Of a DNA stretch of 64,000 bases, positions 1-12,610 are shown piece by piece. The translations under genes and the position numbers were made by a program. Origin of the DNA: Haplodiscus bocki (taxonomy: Eukaryota). The DNA lies in the NCBI GenBank assembly GCA_965655095.1, contig OZ296656.1, forward strand, positions 56,606,001 through 56,670,000, written 5' to 3'. The stretch's first letter is position 1. Each line of letters begins with the position of its first letter. The notes under the pieces are model-generated. The model was not told where the DNA came from. It did no database searches and was given only the letters and a program-made list of their open reading frames with translations.

Positions 1-1399
1 GCTCAAAAAGAGACACTAGAAATGTAAAAACACAATCAGAAAATTATTGAAAATCTTCACAAAAATTTTTGTGATTTATGTAAAATTTAAATCAATGAAA
101 AGAAACTTTTTCATTCAATTTTCAACAGTAGAACATTCGTTTGAAAATAGAGAAATAAAATCATGATTTATTCCAAAAAAACTTTTTCCCAGTAAAAATT
201 TGATACCAATGAAAAAAAGTATACTTGAAGCTGTTTGTAATAAAAACATAGATGAAATGTGTGAGGAATTTTTACTGTAAATTTTGTAAAAGAGTTGAAT
301 GGGATGAGCAAAAACAAAGCGAATCTAGAAATCATTAGGAAAAACTTTATGAAGGAAAACGGAAAAAATGCAAAATTTTTTTGTAGATATTGTTATGTTT
401 ATGTTAATAGAAAAGATGATTCATATCATAATTTCACAGAACATGGTTTTGAGAAAGAGCTCAGAGGATCTCATGACAAATTTATTCTCATGACCGAAAA
501 TCTATTGTGGTTACTGTAAGAATTATATTCAGAAAGAGATTTTTTGAACCACATAGATCAACAAAAGAACACAAATTTAATAAAAATGTTATTGAAAATG
601 AATCTGCTAGTGGTATTGAAATTGAAGATTTCGATAAAAACCATATAAGCTCATAAGGAAATACGAGAGATGAGATAAAACAATCATTTTAGTAAATGCA
701 AGAATGATTTGTATTGAAGTTGCAATGGATAAGAAAACTAAAGTCATTTGAAACCTACTTCACAAAACTTTATTTAACTTCTTTTTGAAATATATGAAGT
801 CAAATTTTATACAAAGAATAGAGACCTGAAATTTTTCATTTTATTATGACAACACAAAGCATTGTAGGTCTTATGGAATAACTTTACATAAAGATAGTTA
901 TAACAAATATATTAAATCTGAATAACAATTTTCAATTACAGAAAAAGAACGAAATGTGAGGCATGTGAGATATATTTCACCACTGATTAAGGAGACCATC
1001 TAACTTATAAAGAGCATTCAAACACTGAACCAGAACAAGCTGAAATCAAAATGAAATGTAAATTGTGATACAACTCTTTCAAGGAAATATTCGGAAAAAT
1101 ACGAAAATTCAGTTAGTTAAAAAAGAAATATCCGAATAGAGAATGTAAAATACAAAGAGTAAGGAATAATGATACTAAAATACTAAAAGAGTTTGTGATG
1201 TTTGTAAAACATGGATTTCTAAATCAAATACAACTCATGACAATACCAAAACTCATGAAAACAGTATAGAAAAACTGAGATTAATGCATTTGTTTTACCA
1301 CCTGAATCAGAAATCCAAACAAAACTAATACCAGCTAGACCTCAATTTATAAATACGAAAGTCTCAATCTCTTGAACAAACCAAGGACTCCTATTTTAA

Positions 1400-3780
1400 C
1401 GAAAAAAATATTATTGACCCTCTTAAATTTGTTTCCAAAAGTTATTTCGAATAATCAGATAAGAACAAGTTTGAATACAGTGTCTCAATTCATTTTCTAT
1501 TTGAAAACGATAACAACAACATAAAATGTAAGAAAACCTTCGCTATAAAGAGATAAAAACTGAAAAAGAAATTACCGATCTCTATATAGAATCAGAAATA
1601 CAAACAAAGGTTGAAAACATTTGAGCTTAGAGGATCAGGATGGAGATTTAATAGGTATATATCAACTTTGTTTAGGTATATAGAGTAAATTTATTTAAAA
1701 GAAAGTAGCAATAGAAGCATCATATGAAAAATTACCAATAAAAAAATCAAAAGTAAATAACAAAAAAAGATAAGTTATGTGGATAAGATAGCATCTTAGC
1801 TTTTTTAAATCCACCCAGAGATAATCTAAACAAAAAAAGTAACTACAAAAACTATCTTCATGAAATCAAGACAGATGGAACTGATTTTACTGATGGACTG
1901 AAAGTTGATGATATAGAAAAATTAGAAGAACTAAACCACCCAAACATGAACGTATTTGAATTCAACGATACAAATCTTCAACCCAACTATATCTATCAAA
2001 AAACATAAAAAGGATTATAAATGAGGACAACCAACAGGACATTCATGTCGACAACCTTGAGGAAATCCATGAAGATATCCGTGAGGAAATCCATGAGGAC
2101 AACCAACAGGACAAAAGTAAAGATGACTTTGAAAATGAGTATGAAAAGTATTTTCAAGAATGTGAAAAGATAAATGATTTAGGTTTAAATCAAGATGATT
2201 ATTTTTTATTCAATGGGATATTTGCGTTTTTTTCAGAACGATAAACATCATAACACACCATTTTTATGTAGAAATTGTAAGAATACTCTCAGTATTACTC
2301 ATCAGTATAAGTTTTAATAAAACATGAAAGAATACGTCAGAAAAATGAAAAGAAACTTGTATTATGAAATTTCTCACAGAGAAAACCTTTAAATATAAAA
2401 ACACCTTTCAAAAGATTCCATTATATTTCAGAGTTTAATGTAATACTGAGGGTAGATGCGGACATATAACTGAAAAAAAAGGTGCAAAGAAATGAAATGA
2501 GTACCACGAAAAAGCAGTATCATTCAATTACTATATAAAATCAGATTTAGAAATTATTCTTTTATCTGGTTGTCATCATTATTTTGAAGATTGTACAGAA
2601 CGGTTTGTAAAAGAAATGCAAGAGCTAGAAAGTAAAATATACAACTTTTTAACGAAACAAACATAGAAATGGGTAAAAAGAGCTGAAAATAGATACCTTA
2701 GAGCAAAAAATGTTGGCTATGTGAAGAAAAATTTGAACCAAGTGATATCGTAGAGATCACTGTCCATTAACAGGAAGACACAGAGGAGCAGCTCATCAAT
2801 CATGTAACTTAAACGTCGAAAAAGGTCTATCTTCATTTATAACTGTTCTTTTTCGTAATTTCAGTACATATGACTCTCATTCACTTATCAAAACAGTACA
2901 GAGTGATTGTCCTAGTAATATAAATTGTAAACCGTCAATCACTATTATTAAAAATTTAATTTTTAAATTACGACTTCTAAAGATTTTTAAATTCACATAG
3001 ATTTTTAGATTAGCGCTTAGATAAATAAACAAGCTTAATAAATAAGGATGCTTTCAAAAAAACACAAAAGAATTTGGTAAAAATTATAATCTCCTTACTA
3101 AGAAGCTGGCATATCCTTGTGAAAATTTCAAAGATCATGACAAACTATTAAAAGAAATTAAAACTGAAGATTAATACCCAAATCCAAAAGAAAATATACC
3201 GGATGTTGAAGAAATAGAACGAACAAACACAACAATAGAAAAATCAAATCTTAAAAGAGGCAAGGAACTAACTTTAATTGGTACTAAATCTATGTTACAT
3301 TGTTAGCTGACTAAAACATGTTAAAAAGAAGATAAAATTAACCCATTATATTTTGCAACTTTGCCTGGTTATACTTGGGATGCAGGATTAAAATCTACCG
3401 GAATAGAATCAGAAAATAATCAAGATGCAGATTTGTTTTTGATTCTTGAGAATGCTATTAGGAGTGGAATATCAGACTGTATGGGTAAAATATATGTACT
3501 TTCTGTTGTTGAAAAAATAATTGATAAAGACTCATATAATCTATATGGACTTCCAAGGTCATAACCTTTACCTCATGCGGAGATTTAAATTGATCATAAA
3601 TTTTGATTAGAAAAAAAACTATAAACACCTGATATTGCTGATACTGGATAAGCATGGAAAGTTGATTTAAAATACACAGACATTGCCAAAAAAGTATCTT
3701 TAAATTTCCCTTTTTGTGCAGAAAATAAAAAAATACCACTATAAAAACATACTGAGTACATGAAAAGTACAAAACCTAAA
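1400..3780 (+). pseudogene. Protein-primed family B DNA polymerase of Polinton/adintovirus type, frameshifted and 3'-truncated
   Basis: FELRGSGW (~1620); CWLCEEKF..RDHCPLTGRHRGAAHQSCNL endonuclease-VII-like insert (~2710-2815); FRNFSTYDSH exonuclease-II-like motif (~2850-2880); LPGYTWDAGLK..LILENAIRSGIS..DSYNLYG motif A region (ORF 3361-3564). Confidence 0.88.
2022..2112 (+). repeat. Imperfect 12-bp minisatellite encoding an acidic stretch inside the PolB relic
   Basis: Repeated units gaggacaaccaa / gaggaaatccat / gaagatatccgt. Confidence 0.6.
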
Positions 3781-3857
3781 AATAATAACCAACTAAGTTG
3801 TATTTTGTACTTTTGTAATTTCGTAAAAAAAAATTTTTCATTTCATGAAAAATGTCT

Positions 3858-4375
3858 TTAAATTATATCAAACTGTCTTTGACTATCACTAATATCTGCT
3901 ATTACTTTATTAGTCAATAGAAGAGCATATCCAGTTAATTACACTCCAGCTGGAACAGGTGGTGAAAAATCAAATTTTAATTTTACGGGTTGAGGACTAG
4001 CAAATACTTGATAACATATATCAAAAACATACAAATTCTACCCAGGCTTATCATGTGCTGTATATATATTAGAAGTTTTAACAGCTTGTGAAATATATGG
4101 TTGAAGAGTATTGTTTTTAGTCAAATGTCTGAAACAAGAGAAAACCTCATCATATGATTGAGAAAAGTTATCCTAAACATAATCACAAAAAATTTCTGTA
4201 TCTGGATATTTTTCTCTACCTATACGTTGAGCATTTGAGACTCTTGGTTGATAGAATGTATAAGTATTAAGTGTTTGTAGATGAAATTGTTCGCTTTGCA
4301 TGAATCCTACTATAACATGAAATGGAACATCAATTCCTTTGTCTACCCCTAAATCAACAGTCCAATTAAGCATAA
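3858..4375 (-). pseudogene. C-terminal part of a Polinton-like major capsid protein (double jelly-roll)
   Basis: VDLGVDKGIDVPFHVIVGFMQ..VSNAQRIGREKYPD..DY..FSQSYDEV..LYVFDICYQ..LKFDFSPPVPAG..YALLLTNK..SDSQRQFDII*; recalled similarity to MCP C-termini of this element class; internal stops. Confidence 0.7.
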
Positions 4376-4389
4376 CGTTTTTTTTCTCA

Positions 4390-4643
4390 ATGGGTTGAGA
4401 TTTTTCAAATTTATTATTTTCTTTACTTATATTAAAAACAGAGTAAGAAACTTCTAAAATAGTCAATCCTAACATCTATTCACCATCATCTAATTGTAGA
4501 GGTATATCAAATGAGAAAAATTCTCTTGATTTTTCAAATTTAAATTCGAGAGTCTTAGTATTCAACACTGTATCAATATTTTTAGTATGTAAAAGTATTA
4601 ATTCTTCAGTTATGTTTTTTGGTTTATAGGTACTTAGATCCAT
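4390..4643 (-). pseudogene. N-terminal fragment of a second penton-like (minor capsid) gene, fused by deletion to the MCP fragment
   Basis: KTLEFKFEKSREFFSFDIPLQLDDGE*MLGLTILEVSYSVFNISKENNKF, paralogous to the N-terminus of the 4755-5785 gene. Confidence 0.55.
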
Positions 4644-4754
4644 AATTGAAACTTTTTAAATTACAAAAAACTAGTCAATTTTATTAAATATATAGTAAAG
4701 GTTAGAGTTTCCTCTGAAAACAAGATTGTATATAGCTTCATACACAATTTGTAC

Positions 4755-5785
4755 TTAAACTCTTATTAACAATATGGTAAAGGTTAAGGTTTCACCATTG
4801 AAATTAACCCTGTTGTTTTTATCTACTTAAACATATTCTTATTCAAAACAGATTTATTTATTTTTTGTAAAATTTTAGTCTGAATATTTTAATTATCTCC
4901 TGACCAAGAGGCTTATCTAACGTAAAGTTACATGAAATAGGTTGTCTTACTCCATTTACAAAACTTTCATAGAAAAATCACATTTTTAAAAGAATCTCAT
5001 CAATTTCACTACTATTAACAGGTTTTTCACTTGTACAAGTTACCATAGTAAACTTAGTTTTTGTAAATGCTTATATTGTATGAAGAATAGACTTTTCATG
5101 AGTTGTAACAACTCAACTTTTTTTGGCATGCACAGTCATAACGCCTTCCATTGTAATATCATTCGCTGTATTATTAATTTTCACATTTTCTGGTGAAACA
5201 GATTTTAGAGTGTCATTTACTTCTCTTATTTCATATATTCCAGGTTGAGTCGAAAAAGATCTGTGTTCAGCACCAACAAATTTTTCTTCTATTATATATT
5301 CTTTTTCATTATATGTTAAATTCATTCTAAAAACCATATCTTCAAGATCATTATAATTCATATTTTTTGAAGCTTTAAAGAACTCATTTTTTTGAATAAT
5401 CTTGAAGGTCTGATAAATGATAAATATTTGATGCTAGTTTTATTTCTGATCTCTTTTATTGACTTCTTCCACGTTTAAAGGATTTCGATTTGAATTGCTT
5501 TGTTCCATATTTCTTTTAGTTTTTTAATAGCTTCACCATCTCCGCAATATCTCAGTTTAAAAACTGCAAAAAGATTGTTATGTTCAACTGTAATAAAAAC
5601 TGAATTAGTCTAAATTAGTTACAGCTATAATATATTTTTCCTCTTCCAGTTCTAATAGTGGGTTTAATGAGAAAGTATCCATTCATTTTGTTAATTTGAA
5701 TTCTAAGGTGTGTTGTGCTCTTTTTTTGTTTGTTCAATTAAGGTATCAGTGTTGTTTTTATTGAAAAGTAGTAAATCAACTGATT
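4755..5785 (-). pseudogene. Polinton-like minor capsid (penton) protein, decayed
   Basis: TLEFKLTK..DTFSLNPLLELEEEKYIIAVTNL; PGIYEIREVNDTLK (ORF 5113-5361); SEKPVN..IDEILLKCDF..FVNGVRQP..LDKPLG; C-terminus VNFNGETLTFTILLIRV*. Probable ATG (7437) is separated from the gene by the insertion below. Confidence 0.65.
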
Positions 5786-7433
5786 TTTAGGCTCGTGGAG
5801 CGAAGCCTATTCGCACGAGGGCACGTCAAAATGGTTTTATCCCGTCCGTGATATCCCTCTGCGTTTCAATTCTATAAATCAAAATTTCTCGGCACCTATT
5901 GGTCAGATTCATTCAATTTTTGTACAACCACTACGACGGGCTCACGATCTATCATATACCAAACTTTTGGCTGCCGATAAATTTTTTTTCGACCAGTCAT
6001 TTGCGAAAAAAATTACAATTTTCGGTTTTTTTAGAGTGCACAGGGTGTATTTTTCAGTCCTGTTTTTAAAGTGAGCTCGGAAATGCTAATAATTCTGCAC
6101 TGATCGCTGAAGTACCTTTCAGTTGAGCGGCGTGCTTGAAAGGTTTTTGCCCAAAAAAACTTTTCTGTCCATTTTTCGTCAAAAAAACTGAAAGTTTTGA
6201 ATTTTTCGAAAAGAGTTCAACATTCCCAATTGCCTTCTGCTTTTCTTAACTTTGACGCTGATTTTCTACAAACGTATTTGCAGGATCCATTTGCTTAATC
6301 CTTAGGTGCATTGCCTACGTCATTATTGACCGGGGCTGATTTTTGCGGCTGCCGAAAAATTTCCGCCGCCGAGTCTTTGGCGAAAACAATTGAAAACCCA
6401 GATTTTTTCCGATGGCAAGATTTATATTGTTGTTTTCTTTGGACTAATATACCATGTATGGCATCCCAATGCTAGTTAGACCGTAGAATATGTAGTGTAG
6501 GTTGCATTTAGTTTTTGGTGGAAAGTCTTCTGATTCTTCCACAAGATTTTGTCCGAAAACTTTCTTGAAAAATTGAGTTTTCAAAAAAATTTTGAGCATT
6601 ATTTGAAGTTTAGCGCGTTAAGCGTGCCTCAAAGTGATGAATATCACCAAAAATGAAGCAGATTAGGCAACGTGTACAACAGTGAATATTCATGGAGGTT
6701 TTCACTCCGACCGAACACTTCTCATTGATTTTTTGCCGAAAGTAGTCAAAACGTAGGTTTAAGACTAGTCAACTCTTCCAAACACTTTTCATCCTGTTGT
6801 ACAAACAATACAAGTAAATTGGGCTTCCTGACGTCCATTGGATTTCCTGGACAAGCAGTCGCCAACTTTTCGGGGTACGCTCGGTTGTAGATAGGTGGTG
6901 TGGTCAAAGTATTCCAGGTGTAGAGCAATTTTTTCAGTTGTTTTTGCCCTTTGCGACAATTTTACTGCGATTTCCATCACCTGGAAAATTGCCTCGAGCG
7001 TGAGTCTCGCAATAACTCTCAGCATCTCCTGAGTGCCCAAGTGACTTTGGGGTTGCGTGAAAAATCTTTTGGTCGAGTTTTCTGAGATTTATCGAGAAAA
7101 CACGGCTTACTTGGAAGAAATATTGTTTCCAGATTCGTATTTTTTAACGGGTTAACTGCCAACGTCTGGAACCTTGCTGCTCCGAGACGACATTTTCCAA
7201 ACAACGGCTGGCTTTTAGTGACTTCTGAGATATCATTTTCTCTTGCTAAATTATGTTTGGCATTAGGATAGTTACCTTAAATCCCGGCTGTTAACTCATG
7301 GTTGTTCTCTGCCTAATCTCTCCGGATTTTTGTACATGCTCTCTGACATTGCTTAAACATGTAGTCAGCGACGTAATCAAGAGTTTGAGTAACTTCGCCA
7401 GCCTTGCGCTAAGCACCTTAGCGCCTATGTTTT
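5784..7433 (+). mobile_element. Non-autonomous Helentron/DINE-like element
   Basis: Higher GC than flanks; inserted in a T-run with no clear TSD; 5' short inverted repeat aggct..agcct followed by ccgtccgt; 3' hairpin gcgctaag-cac-cttagcgc (7406-7424). Confidence 0.6.
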
Positions 7434-7625
7434 TCATTTAAAAACCTTAAATTCTTTAACAGTAACTGTCTTCATAAAGTTTTCATTCTTTTGATTTAGT
7501 GAACGCTTGGATCGTTGCTTCCACTTTGGAGAACCTTTGAAAATAACACTATCAGCGTAGCTCTCCGAACCACCTTCACTAACGTATCTCATACTGTTAT
7601 CAAATTCTATTTTTCTTTGTGTCAT
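7434..7625 (-). CDS. Small basic ORF (63 aa) of the Polinton-like element, possibly a virion core protein
   Basis: Intact K/R-rich ORF between the protease and penton relics; its stop overlaps the penton ATG (ATGA). Confidence 0.3.
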   Translation of the reverse strand: MTQRKIEFDNSMRYVSEGGSESYADSVIFKGSPKWKQRSKRSLNQKNENFMKTVTVKEFKVFK

Positions 7626-7639
7626 TATTTATATTATTG

Positions 7640-7990
7640 TGTATTATATAAACGTAAAACAGCAGATTCGCAATCTACTCTTAATAATTTGGTTAAGTCA
7701 AAAAAATATAAACAAAAAGTACCACCGTAGCTGTCGTTCATAGAGAGAACACGATTTGAAGAATCGCCATTTCCTTGGACTTTATATTCACATTTTCTCT
7801 ATCTTTTGTTGATAAAAACTGATAATAAGTTTGGTGGTCAACATGCAAACGAATCGAAATAAAAATTACCATTTGTTTCTTTCAATTGTTGACATTGTTT
7901 CCAATTTAGTAAGATGATCATGTTTTGAATTATTGAGTTTTTTTGATGTTTTTATCCTGTAGTTTATCTTTCCCAGATAAATGAGTAAAA
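7640..7990 (-). pseudogene. Adenain/Ulp1-like cysteine (maturation) protease relic
   Basis: VIFYFDSFAC*PP (~7835-7872) and NRVLSMNDSYGGTFCLYFF (~7700-7757) match YFDSFG..P and Q...S.CGxFCLYF, with the catalytic Gln/Cys positions mutated. Confidence 0.7.
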
Positions 7991-8654
7991 AATTCACTTC
8001 TACCAAATTTATTGAAATTTATATAACTGGTTTAAAAATGGTGATATATACAAAAATATATAAGCGACTAGATAATTATTATGAATTATTACTTGATTAT
8101 ATTAAACAAAAGTTTTTGTTATAAATATTATTATTATTATTCTAATCAATTTCTCTATGTTTTCCAAGAAACTTATTTAGTCTGTTTGATACTCCATTTT
8201 CTTTAGTTTGTGCTACAAACAATTCAGATAAGTTTGTTTTTTTTCCATTTCCTTCATAACTTCTTCATTTCAAATTCCTCTTTTATCAGCAAATAAAATA
8301 ATCTTCTTGTCTTTAGGTTCAATTTCTTTGACCATATCTTCAATCGTTTCACACATTAATTCTTATGCTTCTTCATAAACACACTTTGGACTAATCCATT
8401 TTGTCCTGTTTGTGCTAGCGTTTTGTATGATTCATTTGAATATTTATCAACAAATGTTCCAAATCTTTTTGTTTTCGGATTGTTTTTAATTGTTTCTATA
8501 AATTCAGTCACGTAGTTATCATCAAAAGCTTTATCAACGAATTTTTAACCAGAAAAAGTGTTAGTCTCATCACAATTGACTGCTTTTATTTAAACTCACA
8601 GAAAATCATGGAGAGTTCTTTTTGGTTTTATGTTCGCGAAGCGAACTAGCGGCT

Positions 8655-8790
8655 ATGTCGACATTTCGATTATACAGGCTGTTCATACTTATGTCATTTC
8701 TGTATCTTTCAATTGTAGAATCTGAAATTCCTACTTGTTTTGCTATTTGCTTTTGTGTTGATTTCGGATCGTCTTTTATTCCCATTAGAA
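8655..8790 (-). pseudogene. Helix-turn-helix protein fragment of the Polinton-like element
   Basis: MGIKDDPKSTQKQIAKQVGISDSTIERYRNDI has the classical HTH pattern IAxxxGxSxSTI. Confidence 0.6.
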
Positions 8791-9550
8791 TAAAAAAAAT
8801 TTTGTTTATATAGACGTAGTGATGAATTTGAGACTAAGTGTTCCGATCGACAAGCTGAAACTATAGTAGTATTAGAGGACCTTTATTATAACTAAAGTGA
8901 ATTATTTGTTCAAATCATATTCATTTAGAACATTAATAAAAATCTCGTTAGGTTTTCATTCCAAAAGAACCCAATATAGTAAATGGAAACAAAATTCCGT
9001 GAAAAATTTAAAATTGAGGCAGGTTTCTTTATAGTTTTAGAAATGATACTCAGAAGTATAGAAATGATTGTAAATTATCTAAGACTAATAGTGTAGAAGG
9101 ATGGCTGAAAGATTAACAACTTTCAGATACTAATTTCAAAATAAAACATAGTATGAGAAATCGAACAAACTATATTTTTAAAATACAAACTGTTTCAAAA
9201 AAGAATGAAACAATCGACTCACTTGTTTGCTCACAAGAATTTTTCAAAAAATGGACACAATTTCAGTTCACAGGAGATATGACAGTTGAGAATTATGGCT
9301 CTAATTGGGAATTTTATCATACATTACCATTTTCATAATTTAATCTTTTTAGATGAGAAACAAATGAGAAAGTGTTTCAATTGGATTAAATTGAGACATT
9401 GTTATCAAAATAAATATGCTTCAAAAGAAAGTATAGTCGATATTGAATTATATCTTTTCCAAGAATTAAAGGCTCATCATTTTATGAAACTGAAAATCCA
9501 AAATCAAATCCTTAAACATTTACTTTTATTAAAAAAATACGAATTACCTT

Positions 9551-9945
9551 GTAGTCTTTTTTTTTACTTTAGATTTAAACACACGTTATCCAAGTTCTAA
9601 GATGTAGGAAAAAAGGAGAAAATTGATTTTTTAGGTCCAAATTGGTATCAATTACATATTTATAGTTGATATTTTAGCTCTTGAACATCCATGGTCGATA
9701 TTTTACCAGCCTTGAACATGGATAGATCTTATTTTACCCCTAATTGTAGTCATTTTTCTTTTACTTTATATTTAAACACATATTAACTAAATTCTGAAAT
9801 GGAAGAAAATTGGAGAAAATATTGATTGTTTTAGTTGAAATTGACATTAATTGTACAATTATAGCTGATATTTTAACTTCTCTTGGACATCGATGAGCGA
9901 TATTCTACAGGATTTGGACATGGATAGCTTGAAATTACCGTCATT
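9551..9945. repeat. Diverged tandem duplication of ~195 bp
   Basis: Two copies each begin gtagtc.ttttt..tacttta.atttaaacaca and contain gatatttta..acatggatag. Confidence 0.7.
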
Positions 9946-10003
9946 GTGTTCAAATTCGGGCCTATCAGTAGCCTACTTTATTAAGGGAGAGATCTACAAG
10001 AGA

Positions 10004-10191
10004 TGTAACAACCAAAACACGTATAATACCCCCTCCAGCTTCTCATTTTCCTCTATTTTCACATAAATTTCTCATTAATATGCATGATTTAACGCTTGTT
10101 TTTGTGTGTTATGGATGAAATTGAGGAAACGTGTAAGAACATGAGGAAAAAAAGTCGAAGGGGCTACTATACGCGTTTTGATTGTTAGACA
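10004..10191. mobile_element. Short MITE
   Basis: ~30-bp imperfect TIRs: tgtaacaaccaaaacacgtataatacccc / ggggctactatacgcgttttgattgttagaca. Confidence 0.65.
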
Positions 10192-10924
10192 CTACAATGT
10201 AGGCTACTCACTTATCTTCGAGGATACAGGGTTGAAACTATACAGTAATTTAATCATGCAAACTAGCTCGATTTTCAAGTTCTCACAAAAAAAACAGGAA
10301 AAAATTTGTCGCAGCAAATAACTTTGGTATACCGAAGACTGAGCGTATAATTTGGGCTCCAGGCAAAAATGGTATTTTCCGAGTATGCTTTTAGGATACA
10401 CTACTCAAATTCGACAAAAGTCAATTTCAGGTTTCTTTTTCAAAAAAAAACGTATCGATAGACATCCTGACCGAAATCAAACTGATATAGGTAACCCAGC
10501 GGAATCTTCTTTCTATGGCTCTGCAAAAAAAATGGGTGGTATTAGACTTACCTTTCCATACATTGGGATGAAAGTTGACAATGTTTTCGAACCAAACATA
10601 GCTCGCCGACTTTCAAGTTTCTGCCGCAAAAACCTTTCTCTTAAGTTTCGGATCGCATCCAAAACCCAATACCCAAAAGATTGGTGCGTTACTTATGACA
10701 AAGCAGATTGGGTTAGTTTTAGACTTAATTTTCAGGAAAAAGGACAGAAGCTTTACAATAATCAAAATAGGCAAAAATAAAAAAGCGCTATCTCACGTTT
10801 TTCTATCAACAACGTACCGAAGAACTTTGTGACCACAATCGAACTGCATTAGATAATCCACTGGAGTCTTGTTTTTATGCTTGTTTAAGGACGCAAAATG
10901 CTGTCAAAATATCTCACAGATGAA

Positions 10925-11300
10925 CACAGTGGCGAAGCTGTGTTTTGCAACACTTGCGCCAACGGAATACAAGAGATCAAATCGAACAAGTATAACTGAT
11001 TTTCAAAGGGGTCTCGGTACTATAAAAACTACTGATTGAACAATTAAACAGAAATTTAATTAACTCAGTTAAATCTCATAAGTTTATATGCAAGTGAAAC
11101 AAGTAGGAGCGACTATAGTTAATTCGCCTTAATTTACTCAAAACCAGCACGCACGCTGGAAAGTAGACCACGGGAACAAATTTCTGCAAGAAAGCGAGAG
11201 CGCATGAACAAAATCTAGACAACATTCGAATGCACGCGCAAATGCAAGTTGTGAACGGCTCGGGGAAAAAACAGAAGCCTGTGATATAAAGAGTAAAAAA
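10925..11300 (+). mobile_element. Copy of a ~390-bp dispersed repeat family (Helentron/HINE-like)
   Basis: Aligns with copies at 17146-17537 and 18442-19178 (acag(t/a)ggcgaagc..caaatcgaacaagtataactgatttt..gcgagagcgcatgaacaaaatctag). Confidence 0.75.
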
Positions 11301-12524
11301 ACCCGTCAAATAGGTTAAAAGATGTTGAGCTCTGAATCAGTTTTGCGCAGAAAATATGTTTTGGGGGAATTTTGTGCAAGAAAACGCCTAAGACTTGGAT
11401 TTTTAATGGAGTCTACACGTTAAGGGGAAATTCCTACGCAAAAAAAATTGAAAGCAGAAACAAGTAAAACGAGCGCATTAATTAATGCGTGTTATCTCGT
11501 CCAAACAAAAGAAAAACGTGGATCGTAGTTAACTGGCGTTGTCAGCTTAATTCTATAATTTCATCTAGCGAGAAATAAAATAAATTATTTTGAAAGCCAC
11601 TGCAATAAAATAATTTTAGAGGCACCGATATATTGCAATTAACTCTTTGGCATCCCTGGTCTTGAATCGTTTCGGACATTCCATCGTAAGGGCTTCTTCA
11701 GCAAAACTTCGAGAACAGCTCAACATTGTCAAAATTTTCAAATGTCAGGGATTGCAGCCACAAAAATCTGTCATTTCTACTTCAAAATATAAGGAAGTCA
11801 TTCAGAATAACAAATTCAGGGATTCATAGACCTCATGAAAGCAAGCAGTCTCGGAATTATAAAAAAGTCCTTTCCCAATGATAACCGGTCGTATAAATTG
11901 AGAGCGAAAAACGATTCGAACTGATTTTTGATGCTCAGTTGCCAACGATGATATTCGCTCTCTGATTAAACTGATTCTAATTACAGCGATAGGCGCAGCA
12001 GCGCTGCGATATTTTCCGTCAATAGTGAGTAAGAAATGGCTTTAAAATGAAATGGCTGAAAATTTCAAAAAAAACATAGGAACCCTAGAGTGGGAGGAGG
12101 CCCGCTTTTAGCACAGTAAGTACAATGTTAGACAAAAACTGGTATTCTCAAGACTCATTCCTACGTATCCAGAAAAACAATTTGGGAAAACTTATTTTGA
12201 GGGAAAATATATTTCTTTTCCAACATTGAGCGAACAATTTTCGGACTTTGAGCGAATAATTTTCGCCAGGGTTGGCAAAACTGCAATCTACATGTCTAGA
12301 GGAACATTTTTGGGGTTTCAAAAAAAAATTCAACGTGAACATGTTTACTCCGAATTGGCAACTTCCGGAGAAATAAGTCTACATACTGAGGGAATGAGTT
12401 TCCTTTCGTAAGATATTACGACGGAAAATAATAACACCTCAATTATCCGCCACCCTTGCTTAACCGCGAAAAGAATAATGGCGGAAGCTCAAGGGATTAG
12501 TTACTAATTGGTAATAAATGTTTT

Positions 12525-12610
12525 TTACCGACCGAACTTGGCGTAATAGTAGAGCATGTGGTTCGGAGAGCTGGGTCCCGGGTTCGACCCTCCCCCGGGT
12601 CCCAGCATTT
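12525..12610 (+). other. tRNA-derived sequence (SINE head or tRNA pseudogene) with GC-rich hairpin
   Basis: A-box-like tggcgtaatagtag, B-box-like ggttcgaccc, hairpin gctgggtcccggg..cccgggtcccagc; no convincing acceptor stem. Confidence 0.4.

Larger units (their letters stand above)
1..9950. mobile_element. Decayed Polinton/Maverick (adintovirus-like) endogenous element, internally deleted; left end outside the window
   Basis: Adjacent remnants of protein-primed PolB (+) and major capsid, penton-like genes, cysteine protease and an HTH protein (-), all with many stops and frameshifts. No integrase or TIR recognised in the window. Confidence 0.85.

Noticed and set aside
6746-7204. Short ORFs within the Helentron-like insert
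   Set aside because: No Rep, helicase or transposase motifs.
10352-10780. 142-aa ORF
   Set aside because: No recognisable domain, TTG start, and it lies in probable non-autonomous repeat DNA.
12525-12610. Functional tRNA gene
   Set aside because: A and B boxes are present but no proper cloverleaf acceptor stem; kept only as tRNA-derived.
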